64,000 nucleotides of DNA from an uncultured Chloroflexia bacterium (GCA_963712165.1 CAVQGY010000003.1:434684-498683), one strand, 5' to 3'; counted from the first letter of the stretch, positions 17,788-29,581 are shown. Made by a program: numbers and translations. Notes: generated from the letters alone by a model not told the origin.

Positions 17788-18672
17788 ATGGCTAATGCAA
17801 GAGAAGTTAAACAAAGGATCAAAAGCGTCAAGAACATATCCCAGGTAACCCGGGCGCTTCAGGCCGTAAGTGCGAGCAAAGTACGCAAGGCAATCGATCA
17901 GCTTGAGGATACCAGGCCCTATTCGGTCAAAGCTTGGCAGGTCCTGCAGCATATTGCAGAACAACCGGACAGGGGTACCCTTCACCCGCTTTTGGAAAAA
18001 CATGCCCAGGTGGATCGAATCCTTGCCATTGTAGTCAGCGGAGATAGGGGATTGGCAGGCGCCTATAATTCCAATATTATTCGCGCGGCGGAAGATTGGG
18101 CTACCAAGATCGAGGGTTCTGTAAAATATATAACCATCGGTAAGCGAGGAAGAGACCAGCTTCTACGCCGGGGGCGGGATATACTGGCAGAATTCAGCAA
18201 CCTTCCACCTCAACCTTCTTACGTGGATATTTCTCCCATAGGTTATCTGGCAATTGATCAATTCCTTGATGATGAAGTGGATGAGGTGTATCTGATTTAC
18301 ACCCAATTCGTAAACCGCATGGTCCACAGGCCGATAGTAAAGAAACTTCTTCCGCTGGAAACCGATTTTGGGGGCCGTGTGAAAGAGTTTGAGGGAGAAG
18401 AACGACTGATAGGTGGATATATATTTGAGCCTGATCAACGCTCCCTGCTTGAGGCGATCTTGCCTCGTTTTACTGTTCTCCAGGTATTCCATGCCATTAT
18501 TGAATCCGTAGCCAGCGAACATTCGGCCAGGATGGTTGCTATGAAAAACGCAACGGATAACGCAACGGATCTGGCTGATGCGCTGCAGCTGGAATACAAC
18601 AAAGCCCGCCAACAGGCAATCACCAATGAGATGCTTGACATTGCCGGCGGCGCAGAAGCGATCTCTAAATAG
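17788..18672 (+). CDS. atpG: F1 ATP synthase gamma subunit
   Basis: MANAREVKQRIKSVKNISQVTRALQAVSASKVRKA N-terminus and C-terminal ITNEMLDIAGGAEA. Confidence 0.95.
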   Translation: MANAREVKQRIKSVKNISQVTRALQAVSASKVRKAIDQLEDTRPYSVKAWQVLQHIAEQPDRGTLHPLLEKHAQVDRILAIVVSGDRGLAGAYNSNIIRAAEDWATKIEGSVKYITIGKRGRDQLLRRGRDILAEFSNLPPQPSYVDISPIGYLAIDQFLDDEVDEVYLIYTQFVNRMVHRPIVKKLLPLETDFGGRVKEFEGEERLIGGYIFEPDQRSLLEAILPRFTVLQVFHAIIESVASEHSARMVAMKNATDNATDLADALQLEYNKARQQAITNEMLDIAGGAEAISK

Positions 18673-18714
18673 GATCGTTGAACTGATAGGTAAATAGATT
18701 GAACGTGAAAATGA

Positions 18715-20121
<1,407 letters not shown>

Positions 20122-20138
20122 AATTAGGAGCAGGTATT

Positions 20139-20588
20139 ATGCCTATCCGTTGTGAAATTGTCTCCCAGGATCGATTGGTTTATGAAGGCGATGCTGATAT
20201 CGTTATCGTACCTGGCGCCCTGGGCGAAATGGGAATCTTGCCCGGTCATGCTCCCCTGCTATCGGCTTTGGATATGGGCGTGATCCGGGTAAAAGCGGAT
20301 CAAAAGGAAGAAGTCTTTACCGTTACAGGTGGTTTTATTGAAGTGCAGCCGGATATTGTCACAATTATGGCAGACGCGGCTGAAAATGTAGCAGAAATCG
20401 ATGTGGATAGAGCTCAGCAGGCGATGGAGAGAGCTCAAAGGTTGCTGGAAGAATACAGCGAGGATGATACAGAAAATTACATCCGTATTCAGGCAGCTCT
20501 CCGCCGATCCAATTTGCGACTGAAAACTGTGGACCACTACCGCAGAAGAGGACAGCGTTCCAGGCCACCTGGAATGGGATCGACCTGA
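20139..20588 (+). CDS. atpC: F1 ATP synthase epsilon subunit
   Basis: N-terminal beta-sandwich pattern (CEIVSQDRLVYEGDADIVIVPGALGEMGILPGHAPLLSAL) and C-terminal helical hairpin. Confidence 0.9.
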   Translation: MPIRCEIVSQDRLVYEGDADIVIVPGALGEMGILPGHAPLLSALDMGVIRVKADQKEEVFTVTGGFIEVQPDIVTIMADAAENVAEIDVDRAQQAMERAQRLLEEYSEDDTENYIRIQAALRRSNLRLKTVDHYRRRGQRSRPPGMGST

Positions 20589-20598
20589 CAGGCAATCT

Positions 20599-21609
20599 AT
20601 GGCATTATTCTCACAGGATTTTGGGATAGACTTAGGCACCTATTACACCATGATCGCAGAAGAAGGGGTCCTTCTCGATCGTGCGCCGACTGTAGCGGCT
20701 ATTGCCATAGATGAACAAAAAATCGTTGAGTTTGGCCAGGCTGCCAAAGATATGTATGGTCGAGTGCCAGACTCCCTTGAAATAGCGCACCCCCTTCAGC
20801 ATGGCGTGATCGCGGATTTTGAAGTGACCATGAAACTGCTGGAGCGGATGATAAAAAAAGTAACTGGTCCAATCAGGTTATTTCATCCCCGGATCATGGT
20901 TACCGTACCCTACGGGGTGACCAGCGTTGAAAGCAGGGCTGTCCAAGAAGCAGTCCTGGAAGCTGGCGCTCGTGAGGTCTTCTTGATTCCTCAACCCCTG
21001 GCAGCTGCGATAGGAATCGATCTGCCTATCAATACACCCACCGGTAATATGATCTTGAATATGGGTGGCGGCGCTACACAAGCAGCGGTCTTGGCGATGT
21101 TTGGAGTCGTTTCCGCTGGCACGCTGCGCAAGGGAGGAGCAGATTTTGATGATGCCATCGCGACTTATGTCCGTCGTAAATATGGCTTGGTCATTGCACA
21201 GCCAACAGCGGAGCGTATTAAACTGGAAATCGGCGCAGCTGTGCCAATGGACAGCAAAGCGGGGATCGAGGTCCAGGGCCAGGATCAAGTAACTGGCCTG
21301 CCGCAGCCGCTGACTCTGACAACTGATGAAGTGGTCGAAGCGCTTCAACCTCCTCTCAAGGAGATAGTGGAGATGACCAGGCGAGTCCTTGAAAAAACTC
21401 CCCCCGAACTCGTATCAGATATTATTGATAGGGGAATTGCCCTCTGCGGGGGATCCGCTCTTCTGCCCGGGATGGAAAAATTCCTCACCAAGGAGCTTGG
21501 CGTTCCGACTTATCTGGTGGATAATCCGACCACTTGTGTTGTGGAAGGAGCTTCCCGAGCCTTTGCACCCGCAATCTTCCCAAAGATCAGGCGCAGTCTT
21601 TATTCTTAA
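20599..21609 (+). CDS. mreB: Actin-like rod-shape protein MreB
   Basis: FSQDFGIDLGTYYTMI, HPLQHGVIADFEVT, and ALCGGSALLPGMEKFLTKELGVP. Starts 10 nt after atpC. Confidence 0.85.
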   Translation: MALFSQDFGIDLGTYYTMIAEEGVLLDRAPTVAAIAIDEQKIVEFGQAAKDMYGRVPDSLEIAHPLQHGVIADFEVTMKLLERMIKKVTGPIRLFHPRIMVTVPYGVTSVESRAVQEAVLEAGAREVFLIPQPLAAAIGIDLPINTPTGNMILNMGGGATQAAVLAMFGVVSAGTLRKGGADFDDAIATYVRRKYGLVIAQPTAERIKLEIGAAVPMDSKAGIEVQGQDQVTGLPQPLTLTTDEVVEALQPPLKEIVEMTRRVLEKTPPELVSDIIDRGIALCGGSALLPGMEKFLTKELGVPTYLVDNPTTCVVEGASRAFAPAIFPKIRRSLYS

Positions 21610-21622
21610 TCCAGAGCAAGAT

Positions 21623-21658
21623 CTAAAAAAAAACCGCATGCCTGATAGGATGCGGTTT
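21623..21658. terminator. Intrinsic terminator between convergent mreB and rex (strong on minus strand)
   Basis: AAACCGCAT-10 nt loop-ATGCGGTTT. On the minus strand the hairpin is followed by a T-run of 11 (8 unpaired); on the plus strand by TTT only. Confidence 0.7.
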
Positions 21659-21678
21659 CCTTGTTATTAAAGGAAGGG

Positions 21679-22296
21679 CTACTTCAGAAAATAGCTTAAT
21701 TTTTGAAGATGGACTGAGGGATCGATGTGTTCGATCTGTACGCCATCAGGTGTTTTGATATAAATGGGTGCATAATTCAGAATTGCGGTTATTCCAACCT
21801 CGACCAGGTCATCAATCACGTGTTGGGCATCTTCTGCTGGAATCGCGAGGACTGCGATCTGGATATTATTCTCAGCCACAAAATCGCACATTTCCAGAAT
21901 GTTTTTGACAACAAGGTTCCCTATTGTCTTGCCGATTTTTTCCGGATCCTTGTCAAAGATAGCGGATACTTTAAAACCCCGATTTGAGAAACCTTTATAA
22001 CGGGCCAGTCCGCTACCCAGGTCTCCCGCACCAATTACGATCATGTCCCAGATGACATCTGTGTTGAGGATCTGGTTCAATTCATTAACCAAAAAATCAA
22101 TTTCATAACCTTTGCCCCGTTTTCCCAGCTCGCCAAAGTGCGAGAGATCCTTTCTGATCTGAGCGGCTGAGATATCCAGCAATTTACCCAGTTCTCGTGA
22201 GGAAGCATAGGTAAAGCCTTCTTTTTGGAGACGATTTAAGGCTCGGAGGTAAAGGGGCAGTCTACCAATAATGATGCGGGGAATTTGTCTTGTCAT
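21679..22296 (-). CDS. rex: Redox-sensing transcriptional repressor Rex
   Basis: MTRQIPRIIIGRLPLYLRAL...ISAAQIRKDLSHFGELGKRGKGY winged helix plus Rossmann IVIGAGDLG. Start moved from 22392 to ATG 22296. Confidence 0.9.
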   Translation of the reverse strand: MTRQIPRIIIGRLPLYLRALNRLQKEGFTYASSRELGKLLDISAAQIRKDLSHFGELGKRGKGYEIDFLVNELNQILNTDVIWDMIVIGAGDLGSGLARYKGFSNRGFKVSAIFDKDPEKIGKTIGNLVVKNILEMCDFVAENNIQIAVLAIPAEDAQHVIDDLVEVGITAILNYAPIYIKTPDGVQIEHIDPSVHLQKLSYFLK

Positions 22297-22516
22297 TTGG
22301 ATTCCAATAAAAGCATATTTAACGGTTAAGATATCTATGAGTTTTATGATAAGTTTTCCAATTTTACCATAACATAGCCTGATTAGTGCCAATGGTATAA
22401 TAGCCTGAAACTCACTGCGATTGATAGTCGCTGATTACCCTTGGTTATACTGAGAAAACGATCTGCATATATATCTAAAGGGGTATGCGGGTACGCTTTC
22501 TTGAGATTGGATTCTT

Positions 22517-23794
22517 ATGTATTTTGACGAAGTGATAATTGAAGTCTCCGGAGGAAAAGGTGGCGATGGCGTGATCCAATTCCGCCGCGAAAAATATGTT
22601 CCACGAGGTGGACCAGATGGTGGAGACGGCGGCCATGGTGGAAATATTGTCTTGGTAGTGGATCAGCATCATAATACGCTATCTGATCTCAGGCATCAGA
22701 AGTATTTCAAAGCTGCCGATGGTTCTAGGGGGAAAAACAAGAACCAAACCGGTGCGTCAGGTGATGACCTGATCATCAAGGTTCCCCAGGGCACGATGGT
22801 CTTTGATCAAAACACGGGATTGATCTTGGGCGATCTGGTTGATGTAGACCAGCGATTGGTTGTCTGCAAAGGCGGACGAGGTGGAAGGGGAAACGCACGG
22901 TTTAAGACATCTACGAACAAAACTCCCCGATTGGCAGAAAAGGGGGAGCCGCCGGAAGAACGGAGCATACGACTTGAATTGAAGCTGATAGCCGATGTCG
23001 GGATCATTGGTGTTCCGAATGCTGGAAAATCCACCTTGCTTTCTGTGATAAGCAATGCAAAACCGAAGATCGCGCCCTATCCTTTCACTACTCTGCAACC
23101 CAATTTAGGTGTCGTTGAATTGGAGCATGATTTGCAGATGGTTATGGCAGATATACCCGGTTTGATTGAAGGTGCTCACCGCGGAGAAGGCCTGGGCCAT
23201 GATTTCCTGAGGCATATTCAGCGAACTCGTGTTTTAATTCATCTTCTGGATGGCACTGCGCAGGACCCGTTCCTTGATTTGGCTCAAATCAATTCCGAAC
23301 TTGCTTTATTTGATCCAACTCTGAGTAAAAAACCCCAACTAGTAGTCTTGAATAAGATGGATTTACCTGAGGTAAGGGCTAAATGGCCAGACCTCGAGAA
23401 AAAGCTGCGCCAGAAAGGGTATAAGGATATCCACTCAATCTCAGCAATTACCAGGGATGGGATCACACCCATTCTATATCGGGCGGCTCAGCTGTTGGCG
23501 GAAACTCCGGAGTACGACTATAGTCCAGAGTTGGCAGAGAACGAAATGCCAGTATACACGCTTGAGAGCGATCCGCAAGATTTTCTGATCTTAAAAACAG
23601 ACAGGGGATGGCGGATATCTGGAAAAGGACTTGAACGGGCCGCGGCCATGACATATTGGGAGCATTTTCAATCTATCCGGCGCTTCCAGAAAATACTGGA
23701 GGTTATGGGTGTGGATCAGGCTCTGCGGGAAGCTGGTGTAGAACCGGGGGATATTGTCATGATCGGCGAGCACGAATTGGAATGGGAAGAATGA
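22517..23794 (+). CDS. obg: GTPase Obg/CgtA
   Basis: MYFDEVIIEVSGGKGGDG glycine-rich Obg fold, G1 GVPNAGKST, DIPGLIEGA and NKMD. Confidence 0.95.
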   Translation: MYFDEVIIEVSGGKGGDGVIQFRREKYVPRGGPDGGDGGHGGNIVLVVDQHHNTLSDLRHQKYFKAADGSRGKNKNQTGASGDDLIIKVPQGTMVFDQNTGLILGDLVDVDQRLVVCKGGRGGRGNARFKTSTNKTPRLAEKGEPPEERSIRLELKLIADVGIIGVPNAGKSTLLSVISNAKPKIAPYPFTTLQPNLGVVELEHDLQMVMADIPGLIEGAHRGEGLGHDFLRHIQRTRVLIHLLDGTAQDPFLDLAQINSELALFDPTLSKKPQLVVLNKMDLPEVRAKWPDLEKKLRQKGYKDIHSISAITRDGITPILYRAAQLLAETPEYDYSPELAENEMPVYTLESDPQDFLILKTDRGWRISGKGLERAAAMTYWEHFQSIRRFQKILEVMGVDQALREAGVEPGDIVMIGEHELEWEE

Positions 23795-24399
23795 GTGAAC
23801 ACCAGAAAATGGGCTATATTGGTGGCACTTTCGACCCACCACATCTTGGCCATGAAATGCTGGCCAGGGAGGCTTTCTGCCAGCTCGGCCTGGATGCCGT
23901 GATGTGGCTGATCACACCAGACCCTCCTCATAAAACCGATCAAACGATCACTCCTCTGAAATACCGGCTGGACATGCTCAGACTGGTCACTGACAGGTAT
24001 GAGGAATTCCAAATCTCCAAGGTTGATCTGGACCGCTCACCACCTTATTATGCGGCGGATACAGTTGAGCTAATTAAGAATGAGCAGCCTGCAGTGGATC
24101 TGGTGTATATCATCGGCGAGGATTCCCTGGAGGATCTACCTGATTGGCATCAGCCAGGACGATTTTTAGCAGCTGTTGACCAGCTAGCTGTGGCTCCCAG
24201 ACCTGGGAGCAGCGCAAATCTGTTGAGCTTGGACAAGCAATTACCCGGGTTGAAAGAGAAGACTGTCTACCTGAAGGATATATTGGTGGAGATATCATCC
24301 AGTTTGATACGTTCAAGAATTAAAGCAGGGATAGGGCACAATCACTTTTTGATCCCGGAAGTTTCTGCTTATATAAAAGAGAAACAGTTATACCGGTAG
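23791..24399 (+). CDS. nadD: Nicotinate-nucleotide adenylyltransferase NadD
   Basis: MSEHQKMGYIGGTFDPPHLGH, containing the (T/H)xGH motif. ATGA overlap with the obg stop. The ORF-track upstream extension is rejected. Confidence 0.9.
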   Translation: MSEHQKMGYIGGTFDPPHLGHEMLAREAFCQLGLDAVMWLITPDPPHKTDQTITPLKYRLDMLRLVTDRYEEFQISKVDLDRSPPYYAADTVELIKNEQPAVDLVYIIGEDSLEDLPDWHQPGRFLAAVDQLAVAPRPGSSANLLSLDKQLPGLKEKTVYLKDILVEISSSLIRSRIKAGIGHNHFLIPEVSAYIKEKQLYR

Positions 24400-24440
24400 A
24401 AAAAGCCTAGATAAGAGTTATGTGGATTGGAGTGCTTATC

Positions 24441-25286
24441 ATGGAGTACAAAACAATACTTTCGCCAGAAACCCTCCATTCGAATCTTGATAATCCTCAT
24501 TGGGCAGTTATGGATTGCCGCTTTTATTTACAAGAGCCCGACCGGGGGCATCGGGAATATATGGAATCTCATATCCCGGGGGCAATCTACGTTCACCTGG
24601 ATAAGGACCTCTCGGGAGAGATCATCCCTGGAAAAACAGGACGACATCCCTTGCCCGATAGCCAGGTCTTCGCGGAACGACTATCCGATTGGGGAATTGA
24701 TAATCTGACCCAGGTAATCGCCTATGATAATAAGGGCGGAGCAATGGCGGCAAGATTATGGTGGATGCTGCGTTGGCTGGGACATGAAAGGGCAGCTGTA
24801 TTAAATGGAGATTGGGAAGCTTGGTGCAGTAAGGATTACCCCCTAGAAAGCGGAAAGGTAACCCGGGAAAAAAAGGAATTCAAGGCAGTAGAGCATCCTG
24901 AATTGATTGCGGATGTTGAGCTGGTTGATCAGTTCCGGGATGATGACAACTTCCTTCTGCTGGACGCTCGTTCTCCAGACAGGTTCTGGGGTCTAGCAGA
25001 ACCTATTGATAAGAGGGCGGGACATATTCCGGGAGCAGTCTCCGCTCCCTATGAAAACAACCTTACCCAGGATGGTTATTTCTTAAGCGCGGCTGACCTG
25101 AAAGTGAGATTTGATAATCTCCTTGAGGGGGTTCCTCCTTCACAGGTGGTTGTATATTGTGGATCCGGGGTAACTTCAAATCATAATATCCTAGCAATGG
25201 TGGAAGCAGGTTTTGAGATGCCTTTACTTTACCCTGGCTCCTGGAGTGAATGGATCACGGATCCTGCCCGACCCATCGCCCCATAG
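24441..25286 (+). CDS. Tandem-rhodanese sulfurtransferase (3-mercaptopyruvate/thiosulfate type)
   Basis: Two rhodanese domains. Active-site loop VVYCGSGVTSNH (CGSGVT type). GGAG lies 8 nt upstream of ATG 24441. Confidence 0.85.
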   Translation: MEYKTILSPETLHSNLDNPHWAVMDCRFYLQEPDRGHREYMESHIPGAIYVHLDKDLSGEIIPGKTGRHPLPDSQVFAERLSDWGIDNLTQVIAYDNKGGAMAARLWWMLRWLGHERAAVLNGDWEAWCSKDYPLESGKVTREKKEFKAVEHPELIADVELVDQFRDDDNFLLLDARSPDRFWGLAEPIDKRAGHIPGAVSAPYENNLTQDGYFLSAADLKVRFDNLLEGVPPSQVVVYCGSGVTSNHNILAMVEAGFEMPLLYPGSWSEWITDPARPIAP

Positions 25287-25307
25287 TTCACATAAGGTGA
25301 TCAGCAA

Positions 25308-26090
25308 ATGAAATATAAAATCGCACTTGCTCAAATCGAACTGGAATTGGGAAACGCGGACGGGAATTACTTTAAGGCTAGAAAGGCAGTGGCTGAGGCA
25401 GCACGAGAAGGAGCGGATATTGTGCTTCTTCCAGAATTATGGGCCAGTGGATACGATCTTATTAATGCCCGCAAATATGCCAGCTCGCGCAGGGAGGGAT
25501 GGTTTGCCAGGATGGGTGAGTTGGCAGAAGAAAATAAGCTAGCCCTGGGCGGATCCATGATCGAAGAACAGGGAGATGATTTCTATAATACCTTTGTTCT
25601 TCTGGACAGGACCGGGAAAGAGCTTGGTTTTTATCGAAAGGCTCATTTATTCGATCTGATCAGAGAAAAAGAATATTTCAAAGCCGGTAATCAGTTGGCT
25701 GTTATTGATTCTCCCTGGGGCAAGATCGGTTTAGCTCTCTGTTATGATCTGAGATTTCCTGAGTTGTTCCGAGCTTACGCGCTTGCGGGAGTTGAAACGA
25801 TCCTATTGGTTGCTGAGTGGCCTCAGCGCAGGATTGGGCACTGGGATATACTGCTGAAGGCCAGGGCAATTGAAAACCAGTGTTTTATTGCTGCGGTCAA
25901 TAAAGTGGGCACCAGCAAAGGGGAACAACTAGGGGGGAACAGCACCGTGATCAGTCCTATGGGAGAAGTGTTAACCCAGGGAGGGGCAACTCCTGGGGTT
26001 TATGTGGCAGATATCGATTCAGAATATTCTGCCAAGATCCGGAGCTGGATGCCTGTCCTCAGCGACAGGAATGAGGACCTGTATGGCTGA
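25308..26090 (+). CDS. Carbon-nitrogen hydrolase family protein (nitrilase/omega-amidase-like)
   Basis: Catalytic E-K-C triad contexts LLPELW, YRKAHLF and LALCYDLRFPE. Confidence 0.85.
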   Translation: MKYKIALAQIELELGNADGNYFKARKAVAEAAREGADIVLLPELWASGYDLINARKYASSRREGWFARMGELAEENKLALGGSMIEEQGDDFYNTFVLLDRTGKELGFYRKAHLFDLIREKEYFKAGNQLAVIDSPWGKIGLALCYDLRFPELFRAYALAGVETILLVAEWPQRRIGHWDILLKARAIENQCFIAAVNKVGTSKGEQLGGNSTVISPMGEVLTQGGATPGVYVADIDSEYSAKIRSWMPVLSDRNEDLYG

Positions 26091-26343
26091 TTAGAGGGAT
26101 CTGGTCCAAGGAAAAATACCATCAATAAATAAAGATGGTTGCCAATCAGACATGGGCCAGGTACTTCTCTAATGTTGGATCAATGCGGATCATCGAAGCC
26201 AGATAGATTAGTGTATAATGGCTCGCGGTGTCATATGTTGGAAACCAACTAGATGGAATGATATCAGGAGAATAAGCCTGGTTGTTTATTGATAATTGAC
26301 CAGGTTTGAAGAATAATCCAAAGTCACAATTCGGGAAGTGTAT

Positions 26344-28452
26344 ATGCTTGAAGCTTTTTTTGATCCAAAATCAGTTGCAGTTGTGGGAGCATCAACATCA
26401 CCAGATAAACTGGGTTACGCAGTTCTGGAAAACCTTGTGACTGGAGGTTATGTGGATGTTGGCAAGATCTATCCCATTAATCCCAAGGCAAATGAGATCT
26501 TGGGCCAAAAAGCCTATCCATCGGTCAAGGATGTTCCAGGCGAGATCGATATGGCAGTGATCGTAATTCCCTATGATTACGTGCCTGCGGTGCTTGAAGA
26601 ATGCGGGTTGAAGAAGATCCCGGCAGTTGTCATTATCAGTGCCGGTTTCAGGGAAGCTGGAATGGAAGGTTTGAACAGAGAACTAGAGTTGGTTGAGATT
26701 GCTACTAAGTACAATATTCGCCTGATCGGCCCCAATTGTCTCGGAATAATCGATACTTTCACTCCTGTGAATGCATCCTTTTCTGCGGGCACGCCACCTA
26801 AGGGCCCCATGGCTTTTATGTCACAGTCGGGAGCCTTAGGAACCGCCATTCTGGATTGGGCCCAAGCGGGACGCCTGGGTCTGGCAAAATTTGTCAGCCT
26901 TGGCAACAAAGCAGATGTTAGTGAAATCGATTTGCTTCAGGCTTGGGCTGATGATCCAGATACCAATGTGATCCTGATGTACACTGAAGGTTTGCCTAAT
27001 GGGGAAGAATTCATCAAAGTAGCCAGGGAAGTGACCCAATTAAAACCGGTGGTTGCCATTAAATCAGGTGTGACCAAATCAGGATCACGGGCAGTATCCT
27101 CCCACACAGGTTCTCTGGCTGGATCGGAGCAAGCTTATCAAGCTGCATTCCATCAGGCAGGCGTTCTCAGAGCGACCGATATGGCCAGTATGTTTGATAT
27201 GGCCCTTGCCCTAGGTTATCAACCCCTGTTAAAGAATGACCGCATAACCATTATCACAAATGCAGGCGGACCCGGTATTCTGGCCACAGACGCCTTGGAA
27301 CGAAGTGGGATGAGTCTGGCGAGAATGGAGGTTAGCAGCATTCTGGAGCTTGAGCGGTATTTGCCTGACGCTGCCTCTGCTGCCAATCCTGTAGATGTCC
27401 TGGGAGATGCCAAAGCTGACCGCTATAAGTTTGCGCTGGATGTGGTGGCCAAAGACCCCAATGTGGACGGGATCATGGTTGTGCTTACACCTCAGGCAAT
27501 GACAGAGATTGAGGATACTGCCAAGGCGATTGGTGAAGTGTCCAAAAAGATCGATAAACCAATCCTGGCCTGCTTCATGGGAGAAGCTAAAGTTGAAAAG
27601 GGCATCCAGGTTCTTCGTGGATATGAAGTGCCGAATTATTCTTTCCCAGAACGGGCATCACTCGCCTTCAGCGCCATGTCCCAGTACCGGGCGGTCACTG
27701 AAAGGGAAGATCCAATATTTGAGCGCTTCAAAGTAGATAACAGGATCATCAAGCAGGTGATCGACGGCGCGAAGAAAGATGGGCGATACGCGATAGGTGA
27801 TGCTGAAGCTTGGGATATCCTGAAAGCTTATGGATTGAGTATTCCGCGGTCAATATTGGCTAAAACCTCTGCAGAAGCTGTAAAGATCGCCGGGGAGATG
27901 GGATACCCGGTAGTAATGAAAATTGCATCTCCCGATATTCTGCACAAAACAGATGTAGGGGGAGTAAAAGTTGGTTTGGAATCAGCAGGAGATGTGCGAG
28001 ATGCATTTGATTTGATGCTGTTCAGAACCGAAAGGTATTTGCCCGAAGCGGAGATCTGGGGCTGCCAGGTGCAGGAAATGGCTCCTCCTGGTGGCCTCGA
28101 GGTACTGATAGGTATGAATAGAGATCCACAATTCGGTCCCCTGGTGACATTCGGCTTGGGGGGGATTTATGTAGAAGCCCTCAAGGATGTAACTTTTCGG
28201 GTGGCCCCCTTCACCCGCTTGGATGCCGAGGCTATGTTAAGTGAAATCCGTTCCAAGGCTTTGTTGGATGGCGTCCGGGGCAATCCTCCGGTTGACAAGG
28301 AGGCCGTGGTAAATACCCTATTGCGCGTGGGACAGCTGGTTCAGGATTTCCCAGAAATCGCAGAACTGGATATTAACCCTCTGATCGTATATCCTGAAGG
28401 GCAGGGAGCTCTGGCAATTGATATGCGGTTGGTTTTAGAAAGTGGAAGATAA
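26344..28452 (+). CDS. ADP-forming acetyl/acyl-CoA synthetase (fused CoA-binding, ligase-CoA and ATP-grasp domains)
   Basis: FFDPKSVAVVGAS CoA-binding N-terminus, SQSGALG, and the C-terminal ATP-grasp segment YPVVMKIASPDILHKTDVGGV. Confidence 0.9.
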   Translation: MLEAFFDPKSVAVVGASTSPDKLGYAVLENLVTGGYVDVGKIYPINPKANEILGQKAYPSVKDVPGEIDMAVIVIPYDYVPAVLEECGLKKIPAVVIISAGFREAGMEGLNRELELVEIATKYNIRLIGPNCLGIIDTFTPVNASFSAGTPPKGPMAFMSQSGALGTAILDWAQAGRLGLAKFVSLGNKADVSEIDLLQAWADDPDTNVILMYTEGLPNGEEFIKVAREVTQLKPVVAIKSGVTKSGSRAVSSHTGSLAGSEQAYQAAFHQAGVLRATDMASMFDMALALGYQPLLKNDRITIITNAGGPGILATDALERSGMSLARMEVSSILELERYLPDAASAANPVDVLGDAKADRYKFALDVVAKDPNVDGIMVVLTPQAMTEIEDTAKAIGEVSKKIDKPILACFMGEAKVEKGIQVLRGYEVPNYSFPERASLAFSAMSQYRAVTEREDPIFERFKVDNRIIKQVIDGAKKDGRYAIGDAEAWDILKAYGLSIPRSILAKTSAEAVKIAGEMGYPVVMKIASPDILHKTDVGGVKVGLESAGDVRDAFDLMLFRTERYLPEAEIWGCQVQEMAPPGGLEVLIGMNRDPQFGPLVTFGLGGIYVEALKDVTFRVAPFTRLDAEAMLSEIRSKALLDGVRGNPPVDKEAVVNTLLRVGQLVQDFPEIAELDINPLIVYPEGQGALAIDMRLVLESGR

Positions 28453-28462
28453 GGAGAAGAAG

Positions 28463-29530
28463 ATGAAATCATTATATATCACCTCCGTTGAGAAATATTC
28501 TGGGAAAACCGCCCTTTGCCTTGCCCTGGGAAAGATCTATCAGGAACGTGGACTCAATGTAGGTTATCTGAAACCTTTCAGTTTACGGCCCTGGCGAATT
28601 GGCGACAAGATCGCCGATGAAGATGCCGCTTTTGTGATCGATATCCTGGGGATCAATGCCAAACCCTGGGAGATGGCACCCGTTGTGGCGACTCCTGAAA
28701 TGCTGAGAGAATATATGACCAGCGAGAAGCAGATCGATTATATGCCCAAGGTTCTGGAAGCGGCAAAGTCCCTAGAGGAAAGAAGGGATTTGCTGCTCCT
28801 GGAAGGAGGAGGAAGTCTTAGGGAGGGGTATGTGATGAATCTCGCAACTCCTGACGTGGCCAAGGAATTGGGCAGTACTATTATTGTGGTTGTTAAATAC
28901 TGTGAGGATGTCTGCCTGCTTGATGATGTACTGGCAGCAAAGTTCCGTTTGCCTAATGCCCTTTCTGGCGTTGTGATCAACCGTGTACCTAAGCACGCTA
29001 TGAGTTTCGTCAATGATCTGGTTGTTCCCTTCCTTGAAAAACAGGGAGTTCCTATTCTGGGAGTGCTCCCGGATGATGAGGCACTGGCGGCGCTATCTCT
29101 GGGAGAGATCGTCGAGGTGCTCAATGCTGAGGTATTGACATCCTGCTTCGATGAGGAAGCCCTGGTGGAAGCCTTGATGGTAGGTGCGATGACCGAGGAT
29201 TCTGCCTTAAGAAGGTTCCGTAAACAGCCCAACAAGGCTGTCATCACTGGCGGCGACAGAACCGATATTCAGCTGGCGGCGATGGAAACCTCCACGACTT
29301 GCTTGATCCTGACTGGCAATTTACATCCCAGTAATCTGATCATCAAACAAGCAGAGAATATGTGTGTGCCCATCCTTCTGGTTCCAGGAAACACCATGGA
29401 AACTGTTGAGGCTCTGGACCGGATATTCGGAAAGACCAGATTGGGTCAAAAAGAAAAATTGGATAAATTCATGGGCTATGTGAGAGAGAATATTGATCTG
29501 AAGCGCCTGGATAAAGCCCTGGAAGATTAA
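28463..29530 (+). CDS. Stand-alone phosphotransacetylase N-terminal-type protein (BioD-like AAA_26 + DRTGG domains; no PTA catalytic domain)
   Basis: MKSLYITSVEKYSGKTALCLALG and AVITGGDRTDIQLAA...LILTGNLHP. AAGGAG lies 6 nt upstream of ATG 28463. Confidence 0.8.
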   Translation: MKSLYITSVEKYSGKTALCLALGKIYQERGLNVGYLKPFSLRPWRIGDKIADEDAAFVIDILGINAKPWEMAPVVATPEMLREYMTSEKQIDYMPKVLEAAKSLEERRDLLLLEGGGSLREGYVMNLATPDVAKELGSTIIVVVKYCEDVCLLDDVLAAKFRLPNALSGVVINRVPKHAMSFVNDLVVPFLEKQGVPILGVLPDDEALAALSLGEIVEVLNAEVLTSCFDEEALVEALMVGAMTEDSALRRFRKQPNKAVITGGDRTDIQLAAMETSTTCLILTGNLHPSNLIIKQAENMCVPILLVPGNTMETVEALDRIFGKTRLGQKEKLDKFMGYVRENIDLKRLDKALED

Positions 29531-29550
29531 AAACCCTCGCATAATAGATA

Positions 29551-29581
29551 AGACCTGGCTCAAATGAGCCAGGTCTTTTTG
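29551..29581 (+). terminator. Intrinsic terminator after the DRTGG gene
   Basis: AGACCTGGCTC-aaat-GAGCCAGGTCT followed by TTTTT. Confidence 0.7.

Noticed and set aside
26091-26337. 247-nt intergenic region before the ACD gene, examined for an ncRNA or small ORF. It contains a 23-codon ORF and the hairpin CCTGGT-16 nt-ACCAGG.
   Set aside because: No match to any RNA family I can recognise by eye. The mini-ORF has no SD and looks random. The region most simply holds a promoter (a TATAAT is present) and a 5' UTR.
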